Shown piece after piece: positions 10,338-22,472 of a DNA stretch of 64,000 bases; the stretch's first letter is position 1, and every line of letters begins with the position of its first letter. Under the pieces are notes generated by a model. It was given only the letters and a program-made list of their open reading frames with translations, did not search any database and was not told the origin of the DNA. A program made the translations under genes and the position numbers. Origin of the DNA: Salisapilia sapeloensis CBS 127946 (lineage: Eukaryota; Protista; Oomycota). The stretch covers positions 62,001 to 126,000 of the forward strand of contig JAADVB010000006.1 in assembly GCA_023334545.1 (NCBI GenBank), in the 5' to 3' direction.

Positions 10338-12461
10338 ATGCGTGTGGAGCTAGCGACGTCTGCCCAAGTACATGCTTCTCTTACTTATGGTCAAAGCTTG
10401 TATTCTTACTTGGATTTGGTTTGTATAGTCTGCGTTAGAAGGATTTTATCGAAAGGAGGATGCTGTAGACCAGTTTGAGAGCTTGTATGACACGACTCGT
10501 ACCAAGTTAATCCAGTCGTTGCCACACTTGAACGAGACGGAGGTCAAGAAGGATGTGCAAGGTGTCTTGGAATTAGCTATTGATAGACTCGTGTCCAAGT
10601 TCTCTAGTGAATTACTCGAGTCGACGGACGTGACGCTCGCGACGGTCGGTGTGCCATCCCTCTTGGATCTGTCCATCCAAGGTGTAAAGGATGGACAGAT
10701 TCATGCTAGCGTCCCGTACAAGTTACTGGATAATCTGATGGAAGGACAGACATTGAGTACATGCGAAAAGCTATGGGAGTTACTTGAAAGCCGAAAGAAC
10801 CAATTGCCAACGGTACATCTACCTCCTCTTGTAGGACGATCGTAGGCTGATGGTGTGGATGTAGAGTGATACGAGGGCTTCATTACGTGTACTTACGATG
10901 TGCAATGCACTCCTAAGGCGGCTATCCAAGACCCAGAACAGCTTCTTTTGTGGACGCATTCTTCTCTTTCTCTCATTCATGTTCCCCTTGTCGGAGAAAT
11001 CGGCCGTGAATCTCATGGGAAAGGTTCGATCCTACTAGCTAGATATTGTCGTAGTACATGTACGATACGAATGATCGATTTTATAGGCGAATTTGGCCAA
11101 TATCACGGACTTTGAGGATGAGCAGACATTTGATTCAGGAGAAACGGATGCTAGCTCTCAGGATACATCCATGGAGGTAGCGATACAAGTATAAAAGTCA
11201 AAAGAAGTATCGAGATTTATCCTGTACGATCAGATTGATGACAACAAGGATGCTGGTGATGCTGGTCCGATCGACTACAACCTGTACAAGACGTTCTGGA
11301 ATGTCCAACGCTACTTTCGAGACTACTCACTTGCTTCCAAGACGCCATCGACTTGGGATCAATTCGTATGTCTGTAGTTTCTCCTGTCAACGACTACGAT
11401 TAAGTATACAAGTACATAGATGGAAGAAACGAAGGTCGTCTTGTCAGCATTTGAAGGCAATTCATTCTCTCCGGATGATTTAGAAAGATCCAAGGAAGCC
11501 ATGACAGGTGCTTCGAAAGAGCTTGATGGAGACACGTCCATGGACAGTGCCACAGACCATTTTTTCCAGCCAAAGTACCTCACAAGCAGTCGTCTCTTCC
11601 GTCTCCAACTCCGTGATCCGATCCTTCGACAAGACGTCCTCACGCAGTTTCTCATTCTTTTCAACCACTTGTCATCCTCTGTCTCCACGAGCGTCGCCAA
11701 AGACAAGTTGTCTGCTGTGCAACAGCGAGCAGTAAGTCTGTTGGAGCAGACGCCGGCTGGAGGCAAGCGATTCAGTGAGATGTTGCAAGCGGTGCTAGAG
11801 CGCGAGGCGAACTGGATCGAGTGGAAGGCGAATAAGTGCAAGCCGTTTGAGAGGTTTCCAGAGGAAACGAGTGAAGAGGCTGGTGGGAAGAAGAGGAAGA
11901 GACTTGGCGAGATGGGATCTCTTGGTGCTAGCAAGTCGCGTAAGAAGACACAAGGTGGCGCCTCTGCATTGTTTGAACAGATCTTAACGGCGAGTTCGGA
12001 TCCGAGTGAGATCTTGGAAAGCATCAAAGGACAGGATCGAGGTGCGTGGACTTGTATACGAGTATTAATTTGGTGCTGATGATCTTATTGACAATGTGGC
12101 AGTGAGTCAAGTGCCGTTGGAGACGTATGTAGAGAAGTTTAAGGAAGCGTGGGATCCGGAGAATGGTATTGAAGAGGCGTATTGGCCGGACAAGGATCCG
12201 ATGCAGTGCTGGAGGACGCTCCGTATGACCATGCGATCGAAGATCGAGTACATGAACTTTGCAGTTGATGGCGCTGGAGCTGTCGTCAAGGAGCTTCTAG
12301 GAAAAGGTGGGAAAGAGGAAGATAGTGGAGATAAGGCTGATGTGCAGATGAAGGAGGATCCAGAGCCAGTGAAAAAGTCGTCGCCTGAAGATATTAGTGG
12401 AGAGGGCTCATTGCCGAGCGAAAAACGTTTGGAGAAAGAGGTAGACATGGCATGTGGCTGA
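10338..12461 (+). CDS. THOC1: THO complex subunit 1 (Hpr1/p84), multi-exon
   Basis: [30 protein letters not shown] matches the THOC1 signature, as do [30 protein letters not shown] and [23 protein letters not shown]. Exon limits approximate. Confidence 0.88.
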
Positions 12462-12705
12462 TAGCGGATGGAGTGGAGGTACTGATGTGATGATCTATTA
12501 GGAGCCGAGCAGCGTGTAGAGATTGTGGACGGATAAAGGATGCAGCGTTGAAGCGAGGCTTGGGCGTCCATGGCGTAGCTAGTGTACCATGGAGACTTAT
12601 TTTTAGGTTCAAATGAGAAAGAAACAAGGCAGTTAGCTCTGGACATTTATGAGTACTTGTTCTAGTGATCACGAATCGTTTGACTATGAGTTGCATCTAC
12701 TAGCG

Positions 12706-13859
12706 ATGCAGATGCAGTATTATCAGCATCGAAAGCTGTCGTTTGGAGAGTTCTGGACGATATGGTAGGATACGTTTGGTCAATGATAAAGCGTTGGGTG
12801 TGAGACTGCCTCTTCTGTGTAACAGGACACTGCTTGATGCAGATTGCTATGATGTCAATGCCAAGGATGATCTGGTCTTTTTAATACCGTGATACGTTTG
12901 GTGCCCTACTGATGGTACTGTACATAGGGAGTACCTCCATTGGTCTACGCTGCCAAGGTAGTTACCACGTTCTATCGCTCTAGCTTGCCTGCATTAAGTG
13001 TTGTATCTAGCGAGGGAGTATCGTTTTGCTTTGGTTACTGCTACGATATCATGCTGATATTAATGTTCTCTCAAAGGTCTTTCTAGCCTGTACTTTATTA
13101 TCTTTGTGGGTCTCATGACGGCATGCTTGCTTTCTAGTTCCAGGAAACAGCACTCATGGCAGCATGCAGAAGACGTCGTCGGAAAGCAATTGTCTTTCTA
13201 CTCAAGCGAGGAGCTTGTCCCGATGGAGTCGATCGATCTGGGTACTCGACTTTACGATGGGCAGTAGAGTTTGCGGATATAAAGTTACTAGAGCTCTTGC
13301 TTGCCCATGGTGCTTCCGTCACCAAGGTACGTACTCAGTATTGATCATACGCGGTGGCTGGTAAGAAGTAACGATAGGACTGTGCTTCTCCTGATTCTGC
13401 GCTGGAAAGAGCAGAGAAGAGTCCCGTAGAGACGCATTTGGCTATTTTGGTACTACTGCAGCAGAAACTAGGTAGAGTACGATCAAGTTATACGTATATC
13501 ACATCTCATGAAGTTTCCAAGTCGAGGAACGTAGGCGATTCCTCCAGGATATCGTCAGCCGGCAAGACCAAGTCGACACCCAAGCCAAAGAGACAACTCC
13601 CCGAAGCAAACAGGAAGCCAGATTGATGCAGCGTATGATAAGATTAAAGGAACGTCGAAATGTCAAATGGAGGAAGACACTGTTTGAAGCTTCACAACTA
13701 CAAGACCAGGAACCAGTCGTTTCCACTATCATCCGTACCGAAAGTGAAGATGCCACATTACCATGGATACGTGTCGGCGATGGACGATGGAGGCAGCCGA
13801 GTAAAGTCAGTCCTCGTCCAAAGCCGCAGGACGTGGAGTGGACACTGGAGGACCTATAA
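12706..13859 (+). CDS. Ankyrin-repeat protein split into several micro-exons (ends uncertain)
   Basis: Spliced fragments give three ankyrin repeats: DVNAKDD/GVPPLVYAAK/RGSIVLLWLLLRYHADIN, FQETALMAAC..IVFLLKRGA, GYSTLRWAVEFADIKLLELLLAHGA. Confidence 0.65.
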
Positions 13860-14149
13860 CTTACCTACAATATAGCTTGAATGCGCAAGTATAGCTTTAC
13901 AAGTGGCAGTGGATGGTTTTCGTGTGACTTGAGTTGGGTATGGTCCATTTCGATCTGAATCGCTGAACGACCTTGGAGCAGACGCTGCATCGGCATTCGC
14001 ATCACGAGTACTAGGGCACCTCTCCCTCTTCGAGTACTTATAAAAGCATTTCCTATCCGTCTATTTCATCCGTCGGACAAGACGTGAAGACAATAAAAAC
14101 ACGCGACAGCACAAGCTCGTAAACATTCCGAAGTTCGGAGCAAGACAGA

Positions 14150-16756
14150 ATGACAGACAACGGGAACTGGACGGTTGAAATCAAGTTTCATGGTCGAACA
14201 CACTCTTTCGTAGGCCGTATGCCAGCGGAGAAACGTAAGGTAGCGCTTGACTTTCCTCGCAAACTCTCGGTCGGCACAAAAGTCAAATTGTCTGCTGTGC
14301 CCCATCGCGGGTTTTTCTGTAAGTTTTTCGCCAAGAAATGCGAAGACATGAAGTTATACATGAAAAAGAACGAGTGTGCTCTTTGTGAACAATTCACGGC
14401 CAATACTTCCACCTTTACGCTCTTCCTTATAGCTCCAGTGACACTCAAGAAGCTCAAGTGTCTCGACCGATTACGCAAAAGTGGTACGTACCTATCTACA
14501 TGCAGCTCATGCATCTATACTGACAATGCAATCGTTATGCAACGGATAGGTGTACCTTCCAAATCGATTGATTCATTGTGCAATGATAAGGAAGGTGTTG
14601 TCATTGGATTCATTGTGACAGAAGTGAATACAGAGTTAGAACGCAAGGCACTTGAGCGTCAGCGTACAAAGGAAGAGCTAGAGAAAGCTGCCAAGACCAT
14701 GGCCGAGACATTCAATGACCCGATGATCGAGTTCGACCTATTGCTCGATCAATTGGACACGACGCCATCGGCCATCCAACTATGCTCTCAATTCATGATC
14801 AAGCACGAGAATCTGCATGACTCTTTACGACAAAAGCTATGCGATACAATGGACAAGTACGAGTCTGCGAAAGCCAGGTCCAACGTCATTTTCGTAGTCC
14901 ATGACGCCGTCAAGATCGTACGTTCGGCCCTTCCACCAGACGAACGCAACGCCAAGATGCGGCAGTCGGATCTAGTTGTCTCGCTTGAAAAAGTGCTCTA
15001 TCGACTCGTAAAAGCACTGCCGCGAGAGTGTAGGCACAATGAGAGCATCAAGTCGGTCTTTAGCTACTGGGTGAAATGGGGTCTCCAGTTCTCCAGGCCA
15101 GTAGAAGACGATAGTAGACGAGACGACGCCTTTAATCACGTAGACGAGTCCTTCTACGCGTTGGAAGAGACGACGTCGAGCTTACAATCGGACTCTCCTA
15201 GCTCGCCTGTGAAGCCACAGGTGTCTCCGGAAGTACAGACGTTTATGAAGACGCATAAGATCAATCCTGGACCGTGGGAGGTATATCTAGAGCGAGCGTC
15301 TGCGCAAGAGATGGAGGAATTAGATACCGCCGCTGGTTTAAATGCATACTACTTGTCTGTTAATCGCGATGAGAAGCCAAAGACGAGTGGGCGACGGACA
15401 GGAGAGTATTTCTTGTATCAGTACGTGAAAAAGTATATGCCATTGCTCCTAGACGCTACGCCGTCACGTGGACAGCAGAAGCGACGAAGAGCAAAGGAGT
15501 CGATTGATATCTTACGAGATGCATTGACGTGTACGTGGGACCTAGGAGACGTCGCGAGTCAGTCTTTACATGAAGTCGATAAGCCAGTGATCGATGATGT
15601 CTGGCGGAAGATAGAGACAGAAGCGATTAACAACGTCTCTGGCTTCGTCTTTGGGAACGTCCGTCGCGCGAAGACGAATAAGCTTGCGAAGAGTCCGGAA
15701 GTCGAAGCTATTTTGCGTGACGCAGCGGATGATTCGCGCGTGAATCAAGTGTCACTTGTATCGGACCTCGTTCGTGTCTTTAAGCTCGATTCGATGGCAA
15801 AAGAAGCACTGGAGAAAGTAGGATGTAAGAAAGAGTTGTGTCGTCTCGCGATCGATTTGTGTGAACGCATTCGATCTCGGAATGCACCCAATCCGTCTGT
15901 GTGTGTCGTACGTATGTGTCAACAAGCGAATGCTGCGTATGCACCGAAGCGAGCGTACTCGACTGGTATGAAGAGTATGATGGCCAAGCAGCTCCAATTG
16001 TCTTCCTTTAATACCACCGAGACGCAGAAGAAGCGCAAGGTGGATGGCTCTACATCTATCACGGATGCCGAGTCACCTGATGCACAGTATGCGGAGCTGA
16101 CGGATGCTGAATTAGCAGCGCTGAAACGTCAGATCCCGAAGCCACCGAAGCTATTGTTTAAGCAAGTGGACTTGGGTACGATTGAAAAGACAGAGACGAA
16201 TGATAATGGGACGGTTGGCGTCGCCAAGTCGGGTATTCCAGATGCAGGTAGAGGTCTGTTTAATCTGTCAGATCATGCATGGCCAGCGTTCTCCGTCGTG
16301 TGCATCTTTGGTGTCCGACGATTAAGTAAAGAAGCACATCATGACGGTTTGAACAAAGTTGCGAGGTGTGGGGAACTAGGAGAGACGTTTGTCGTTGTCA
16401 ACGGTGTCGTTCGAAAGGTCGACAAGTTCCAGACGCAATATGGACATCGCCTCCAGCCGTTTGATGGACTTGTCGACGCAGAAGGATCTGTCGGAGGCTT
16501 CCCGAACGACCGCGTGTATGAGTTTAAAGAAGACGTGTATTGGGATGCATCAGCCTTCTACAATAACTGCATCCTAGTTCCTGGGTGTGTGCTAGAGAAC
16601 CCGAACGACACGACGAGTGACATTTACTTGGATCAGCTCTACATTGTAACGTGGAAGGAGGTGCCTGTGCGAGAAGAGTTCTTCTTGGCGTATGGCACGT
16701 CGTATTATGAAGACACGGATAAACCGTCTCGAGGTAGTGGGAAGCAAAAGGCTTGA
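14150..16756 (+). CDS. Protein with CID (Pol II CTD-interacting)-like domain and C-terminal SET domain
   Basis: CID-like LDQLDTTPSAIQLCSQFMIKH...NVIFVVHDAVK...YWVKWG at about 14730-15080. SET motifs VAKSGIPDAGRGLF ... GGFPND ... VPVREEFFLAYGTSYY at about 16210-16710. The 5' part probably contains introns. Confidence 0.72.
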   Translation: MTDNGNWTVEIKFHGRTHSFVGRMPAEKRKVALDFPRKLSVGTKVKLSAVPHRGFFCKFFAKKCEDMKLYMKKNECALCEQFTANTSTFTLFLIAPVTLKKLKCLDRLRKSGTYLSTCSSCIYTDNAIVMQRIGVPSKSIDSLCNDKEGVVIGFIVTEVNTELERKALERQRTKEELEKAAKTMAETFNDPMIEFDLLLDQLDTTPSAIQLCSQFMIKHENLHDSLRQKLCDTMDKYESAKARSNVIFVVHDAVKIVRSALPPDERNAKMRQSDLVVSLEKVLYRLVKALPRECRHNESIKSVFSYWVKWGLQFSRPVEDDSRRDDAFNHVDESFYALEETTSSLQSDSPSSPVKPQVSPEVQTFMKTHKINPGPWEVYLERASAQEMEELDTAAGLNAYYLSVNRDEKPKTSGRRTGEYFLYQYVKKYMPLLLDATPSRGQQKRRRAKESIDILRDALTCTWDLGDVASQSLHEVDKPVIDDVWRKIETEAINNVSGFVFGNVRRAKTNKLAKSPEVEAILRDAADDSRVNQVSLVSDLVRVFKLDSMAKEALEKVGCKKELCRLAIDLCERIRSRNAPNPSVCVVRMCQQANAAYAPKRAYSTGMKSMMAKQLQLSSFNTTETQKKRKVDGSTSITDAESPDAQYAELTDAELAALKRQIPKPPKLLFKQVDLGTIEKTETNDNGTVGVAKSGIPDAGRGLFNLSDHAWPAFSVVCIFGVRRLSKEAHHDGLNKVARCGELGETFVVVNGVVRKVDKFQTQYGHRLQPFDGLVDAEGSVGGFPNDRVYEFKEDVYWDASAFYNNCILVPGCVLENPNDTTSDIYLDQLYIVTWKEVPVREEFFLAYGTSYYEDTDKPSRGSGKQKA

Positions 16757-16830
16757 GACTTGTAGCAAAGCGAATGTAAGCGCAATACATCGGCGTACTC
16801 TGTTCAAAAAAGCACATTGGTATTCCAGTT

Positions 16831-17586
16831 TTACTTGCTTTGTAGTGGTGCACGGCATGTTGGGCAGCATGCTTTTAGATCTAGCCAAAGACGGAGACAG
16901 TCGTGATGATAGCCGTGACCGCAGACCAGTAACTCATGGTCACCATTGATTTCTTGACAGCAGATACTGCATTCCACGTTCTGGTCGATCATCTGATCGT
17001 CCACGCCTTCCTTTACCACTGGAAACCGGTCTTGGTTCTCATCTAACGCCAGGAAGGATCGGAGACGAGCCTCAGCTGCTGTAAGAGCAGAGCATTTGTG
17101 AGAAGTACCAACGAGCGTCGCTGTCATTCGGGTGAGGAGCTGGCTGAGTTGGCGGCATCGATCATACTGTTCGGCCAGCATTGTCGAGTGGTCTTTCGAT
17201 GACATCCGACGAAAGATCTTGGGCTTGGTAGTTTGCATATCGCCAAGTTGCGCTTCCACCTGAAGCTCAAGGTTTCTGCAGCATTTGGTACCACTGGAAC
17301 ACTTGGCAAAAGTAGTTTGGAAATTTCGTAGCAATTCGTGAATCGTGCCAAGAGAGACCGGTAAAGCCCATTGGCGATTTAACTGTGCGTGTGCGATGAA
17401 CACAACGTACTGGGTCGACTGGACCTCGGCGTCTCGATTGCGAATGAACTTCCGACGCAAGAGGTTACGACGACGTGGACACTTGGAGGTGCTGCATGGA
17501 GTCACGACTATTGTCACGTTGCTGTGGAGCTGCTTCGACGGAGCTGGTGCATACTCGACGACATTTTCCAAAGAGACAAAGACCAT
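16831..17586 (-). CDS. RING-H2 E3 ubiquitin ligase (possible PX-like N-terminal region)
   Basis: C-terminal CSIC-x12-CGHGYHHDC-x10-CPTC is a C3H2C3 RING-H2 pattern. Confidence 0.85.
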   Translation of the reverse strand: MVFVSLENVVEYAPAPSKQLHSNVTIVVTPCSTSKCPRRRNLLRRKFIRNRDAEVQSTQYVVFIAHAQLNRQWALPVSLGTIHELLRNFQTTFAKCSSGTKCCRNLELQVEAQLGDMQTTKPKIFRRMSSKDHSTMLAEQYDRCRQLSQLLTRMTATLVGTSHKCSALTAAEARLRSFLALDENQDRFPVVKEGVDDQMIDQNVECSICCQEINGDHELLVCGHGYHHDCLRLWLDLKACCPTCRAPLQSK

Positions 17587-17749
17587 GGTATCAAGTTCGC
17601 TGGCAAAAAGGAAACTGGCGTTGTCGACTCGTGCATTACGTCAAGTATGCTTTCCAATCTTGAAGGGTTTTGCGACGTTACGCTCGTGGCTACTTTCGTG
17701 AGCTAATTAAAGCGTACCGGAACAAGTAGATACTATACATGTGTTTATT

Positions 17750-20700
17750 CTAAGTCTTATGTAGAAACTTAGTGGCGGCTTCTACGAGAGACCCGCGTCG
17801 TTCATTCATCCATGATCCTCGTCTACGGTCACTAGTACTTTCATTCGCCGCTGCTGCCTCTTCCTGTTCTTTCGCTTTTCTTGCTTCTGCTTCTGTAATC
17901 GCTACTTGCTTCCGCTCCTGAATAGCCACGATCGAGCGCCGACCGGACACATTGAGCATATTCCACTGCATTGGTAGCAAGTCAGGTGACCATTCACTAC
18001 TGCGGCGTGACATATTCTTCGCCATTCGTACAACACTGCCTAATGAATTCATCCGTGTTTGCTTTGTGTGTTTCTCCGCGATCGATCTGAACGCTTGACC
18101 CTTGCGTAGAGCTATCTCTGCATTGATGGTTTGAGTTTGATTTAACGGAAACAGCTCGTCTTCAATCAGCACCGCCGCGACTTGACTCAAAAAGTAGCTG
18201 CTCATAGCAGGAGATACGTCTTGTAGCATCCTAGAAGATACAAAACTTAGTTCATGTGCATACTACAATGGAGCAGCGATGCATGCCAACGTACTTGAAA
18301 TCCTTTACAGACAATGAATATAAGATGCATTTTGTTGAGACCGCTGTGCCATTGCAAACGGTGCGGTAGAGCTCGCCTGGAGAAGCGATGAGACTGTACT
18401 GTTCGAAAACAGCATTCGATCTAATGACCCGACCTTGTCCTGTGCTCGTATTTACCACGTCACATTCACCTTCGACAACAAAGAACATTTCGACACCTGG
18501 ACTCTCACTTTCACAAACCTTTTCTGCTCTGCTGACGCACATTGGTTGGAAGAGAAAGAGTGCATAGGATACAAAACCTTTAAAAGAGTCCTCCATGACC
18601 GTGATCAAGGGTATTTGAAACAAAGTTTCTGCTGCAACGATCCGGGCGATGTCGAAGCGTAAACTTGGGCACATCTTATCAAAGATCTGTCATTGCAAGA
18701 TGAGTTGAATGTTTGGCTGTATAAAGCTTTTAGTGACAAACCTTTTGCTCCGGGAAGAGGCTCATGCAGGAAATGTTGTGTTTGTAGTGCTATAAAGAAC
18801 AAAGGTAAGCACAAATCCTGGTCAACTATTTAGAATACTTGTTACCGATTTCACGTTGGAACACAGCCTCGTGTTTACGCTCGAATCCCTCATGTAGTCT
18901 TTCATTTCTGTCATGAGCAATCTGTACTCGCGATCGGCAGGGTCCAGGTTCCTCATTAGTGTGACGACAGAAGAGATGACATAACCAAAGACAGTTGCAT
19001 GGACCACAGTGAGCAAGATCACGATGGATAATTCATAGACCGAGTACATGTGTGGCCGAATGTCACCATATCCGACCGTAGTCAGTGTTGTAAACGCCCA
19101 GTAAATCGCCGCAATGTATCGATCAGTTACCGATATATTGCTTGAGCAATAGATTAGATTCCCTGTACCGTTCTTCGGATCGTGATTAAATGCGTCATCG
19201 CACCAAGAAGGCAAATCGGCGGTTTCACTTGCAAGCATAACAGCATGGAAGATGCATGCACTCCAGTGACAAAAGAAATACATCATACCGAGCAATCGGA
19301 GCAAACGCTCTGTTGAAGGACTTACCTATGTGATTGTTAGAAAATATATCCAAAACGCATGGCCAAGTGACCTAGCTATCAGCAAACGGTAGATACCTGA
19401 ACGTATTCGCGTATGCGAAGAAAGACTCGACTAAGTTTCATCAAACGCGTCAGCTTCAGTAGCCGTACAATACGGACGAGACGTAAAAGCTTCGTAGGAA
19501 AAAACGTCATCTCCGATCCGTTTGCAAAGAACCTGGCATCAAGGATTTGTTAAGGTAATGCATGTAGCCGAAAGAGAGATACAAGTACCGGACTATATCG
19601 TCAAATGGGAGGGTAGAGATAAGGTCAAGGACAAACCATCCTCTGACATACCGCCAAAAAATCGCTTTTCTGCTGATCTTTAGATTCTTTTCTTCATCAA
19701 AGTAAGCTGTTCGGAAGTGGATAATAATGTCCATCATGAATAGTGCATCTATGCATAACTCCATGGTTAGCCACGGTCCAACTGCATCCTGGTCAAAGCC
19801 GAGACGGAAGGGCACCATGACAATGGAATATAGGATTGCCAAGCCAACCAACATTTGCCACCAAACGATAAAGGAGTCATGCGGGTGGAACAGGTAAGTT
19901 CCTTTCAAAAGATTCCGCTCCACATGCATGTTGGCCTTCGATTTGTTCATCGTAGAGTGGCGGATGTTTGCAAGCATCTTATCTAGTCTAGCTTTTTCAT
20001 CTTCAGCTGATGTCGTGACCGAAGAAGCGTCTGATGTCTTCAATGAAGCTCTCGGGGGTGAGATTGCTCGAGTAGCTAGAGTCATATCTGGATGTAATGT
20101 CTGTAGTTGATACTCACTGTCTGCTTTACTTTCGTTTTTACTGTTGTCGTGTGTAGGCGTAGTTGCAGCATCATTCGCAACACCTTGGACTCTATGACTA
20201 TCGTCATAGTTAACATGACCTGTTTCTTCTTTGTAACTCCTAGCAATCGGCGCAAGAAGGAGACGATTGCTGTGATCATTTTTTAAAGTTAGCTCTTCAT
20301 CGCCGTGGTCTCCATCGCTCTCACTTCCACTTGACCCATCGTAATCCTTTTTGTCGACTTCACTTCCATTCATCTCATCATCTTCTTGTATATTTTCCAA
20401 ACTTTCCATGTTCATCCCATTTATAGGACAAGTATCATTGTACTCGAGATTCTGCTCCATTACATTTGTGCCGACACGCTCTGCATCAGGTGCTGGCTTG
20501 GATTCGACATCGGGCATAGGCGCTATACGATTTTTGTGCGTGGAAGTTGGGCGATTGTTTGCAAGCATTGTCTTGGTGACAATAGTAACAGATTCCTGTC
20601 GAGCTTGTTCCTTCTGTAGGTCGATATATCGCCCACTCTTAGTACTTGTTAAGCTAATACTCATAAGTGGCCCAATGCGCCGACGCATAATGCTTGCAGT

Positions 20701-22472
20701 CTGCTTCGCAGACTTCTTGAAGTGAACCAGAAGCTCTGGCCACGTATTGCCTACCACAGTACGTCATGCATAATGATGAGATAGTGTTCTAGTGCCTGTA
20801 AGAAATGCAGACTCACTGATACGTAAAATTGCGTCCCGTGAGAGAAAATTAAGTTCAGAATACGACTTAGCCAAAGCGGAACAAACACGCACTCCATTAC
20901 CATGGTCTTCGTCGTAAATTTCCAGCTATTCAAAGTATATTCTAGTAAATGTCTAGCATTGTATGCAATATAAGCTAGTCGTACCTCACCAAAGTGCTCG
21001 CCCACACCAATTGAAGATACTTGCATCTCTTCATGTGTCGTTGGATTCACCTTAATCAGTTTTATTTTTCCCTTCATGAGGAAAAAGACATGGGCAGCAA
21101 TTTCGTGCTGGCCGAAGACATACTCGTCCTTCATGACTTCGAATGGATGTAATTCAATCACAATATCACTGATCAAACTTTCATGACATTCTGTAAAGTA
21201 GCGTATTATCGGTAATGCTTTCGAGTGAACGTGGTGGATCTGTGAATTGGCATGAAATCAATTAGACTAAAAGTACTTAATAACTGTGTATTATTTGCAT
21301 ACCATTTCATTACGAAGAGCAGTTGGCAGTCGCTTGAGTATCTGACGCTCCTTAAAGACAGATCGGTTTTGATAGTAGTATTCAAAATGCGTTCTTATTC
21401 GCTTCGCTGCTAATGAAGGGATTTGGCGAGAAATGATGTACTCTTTGATGATTGTCATTCGTTCGTCATATAGAGATGCGGACACGTTTAAGTTGGCCAC
21501 AAGCGATGAGATTGTCCCAATGATATAACCGAAAAAGGTTACCCCAATGGCCATTATGAAGATGTTTAGCAAGCGCTCGATGTTTGTTGTGGCCACAACA
21601 TCACCATATCCGATAGTTGCCTAAGACAGAAACGATGTAAGCTACCCACTCTGCATGCATTCGTGTACGAAATGTACCATGGTTACGATCGCCCAGTACA
21701 TTGATACAATGTATTGTAGCTCTTGCGCATTCGCGCGGGACATGTCTGTAAATTCATACTTTTTAATCCACGATTCTCCTTCTTCACTCATTGCAACACC
21801 AAACCAAATGCAAGCAACAAGGTGCGCGATAAATAACATTGTTAGAGCGAGACGCACGAGCGAGACGACACTTTGGTTAATGTACACTGCGTCCTCAAGG
21901 CTCGAAAACACCTTGCCTAACCTCCGAATGCGTGTGAGTTTAACAAGCCGGATAGCTTTAAGAGTTCGAAACACCATGGTCGACAATGGATTAGCATTTT
22001 CACTCATGCCCGCAAGCGCAGCAATGCCCTCGACAGGTAATGTCGATAACAAATCGACGACAAACCATCCACGAAGGTAGCTTCTAGTGATGACTCTGTG
22101 ATCGTAAGATAGATCACCTCCAGATAGCTGGACGCCAGTGATAAAATTGATCATTATGTCCAAAGCGAAGCTTATATCAATTGCCCCTTCAACGATAGCA
22201 AAACCACCGGCAGCTTCTTGGCTGAAGCAGACTCGGTACGGAACAAGACATGATATATAAATAACGCACACGATGAGTAGGAGATCCCACCTCGACTTCC
22301 AGCGACTACTAGGATCAATCATATACCACGGCTTTTGACTTCGAATAGTGGTTGTTCGAATCCCGCGCAAAACACCGGGAACCTTACGCCGAAGTACTTG
22401 CCATAGCGCACGTGGATGTCTGTGCTCTGCCGGATGGTATTGAGCTCGATATGACTTCAGACCAAGTCTCAT
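17750..22472 (-). CDS. Two-repeat cyclic nucleotide-binding K+ channel (2 x [S1-S6 pore + C-linker + cNBD]), multi-exon
   Basis: Two S1 starts (WDLLLIVCVIY..LVPYRVCF; WQMLVGLAILY..MVPFRLGF) and two GYG filters (WAIVTM|ATIGYGD across intron 21621-21677; WAFTTLTTVGYGD at about 19060-19100). Two cNBDs (EYVFGQHEIAAHVFFLMKG..HFGE; VCESESPGVEMFFVVEG..VFEQ). Confidence 0.88.

Noticed and set aside
13156-13200. RRRRRK run as a separate basic or protamine-like peptide
   Set aside because: It is part of an ankyrin repeat helix (ALMAACRRRRRKAIVFLL) once the exon is placed in context.
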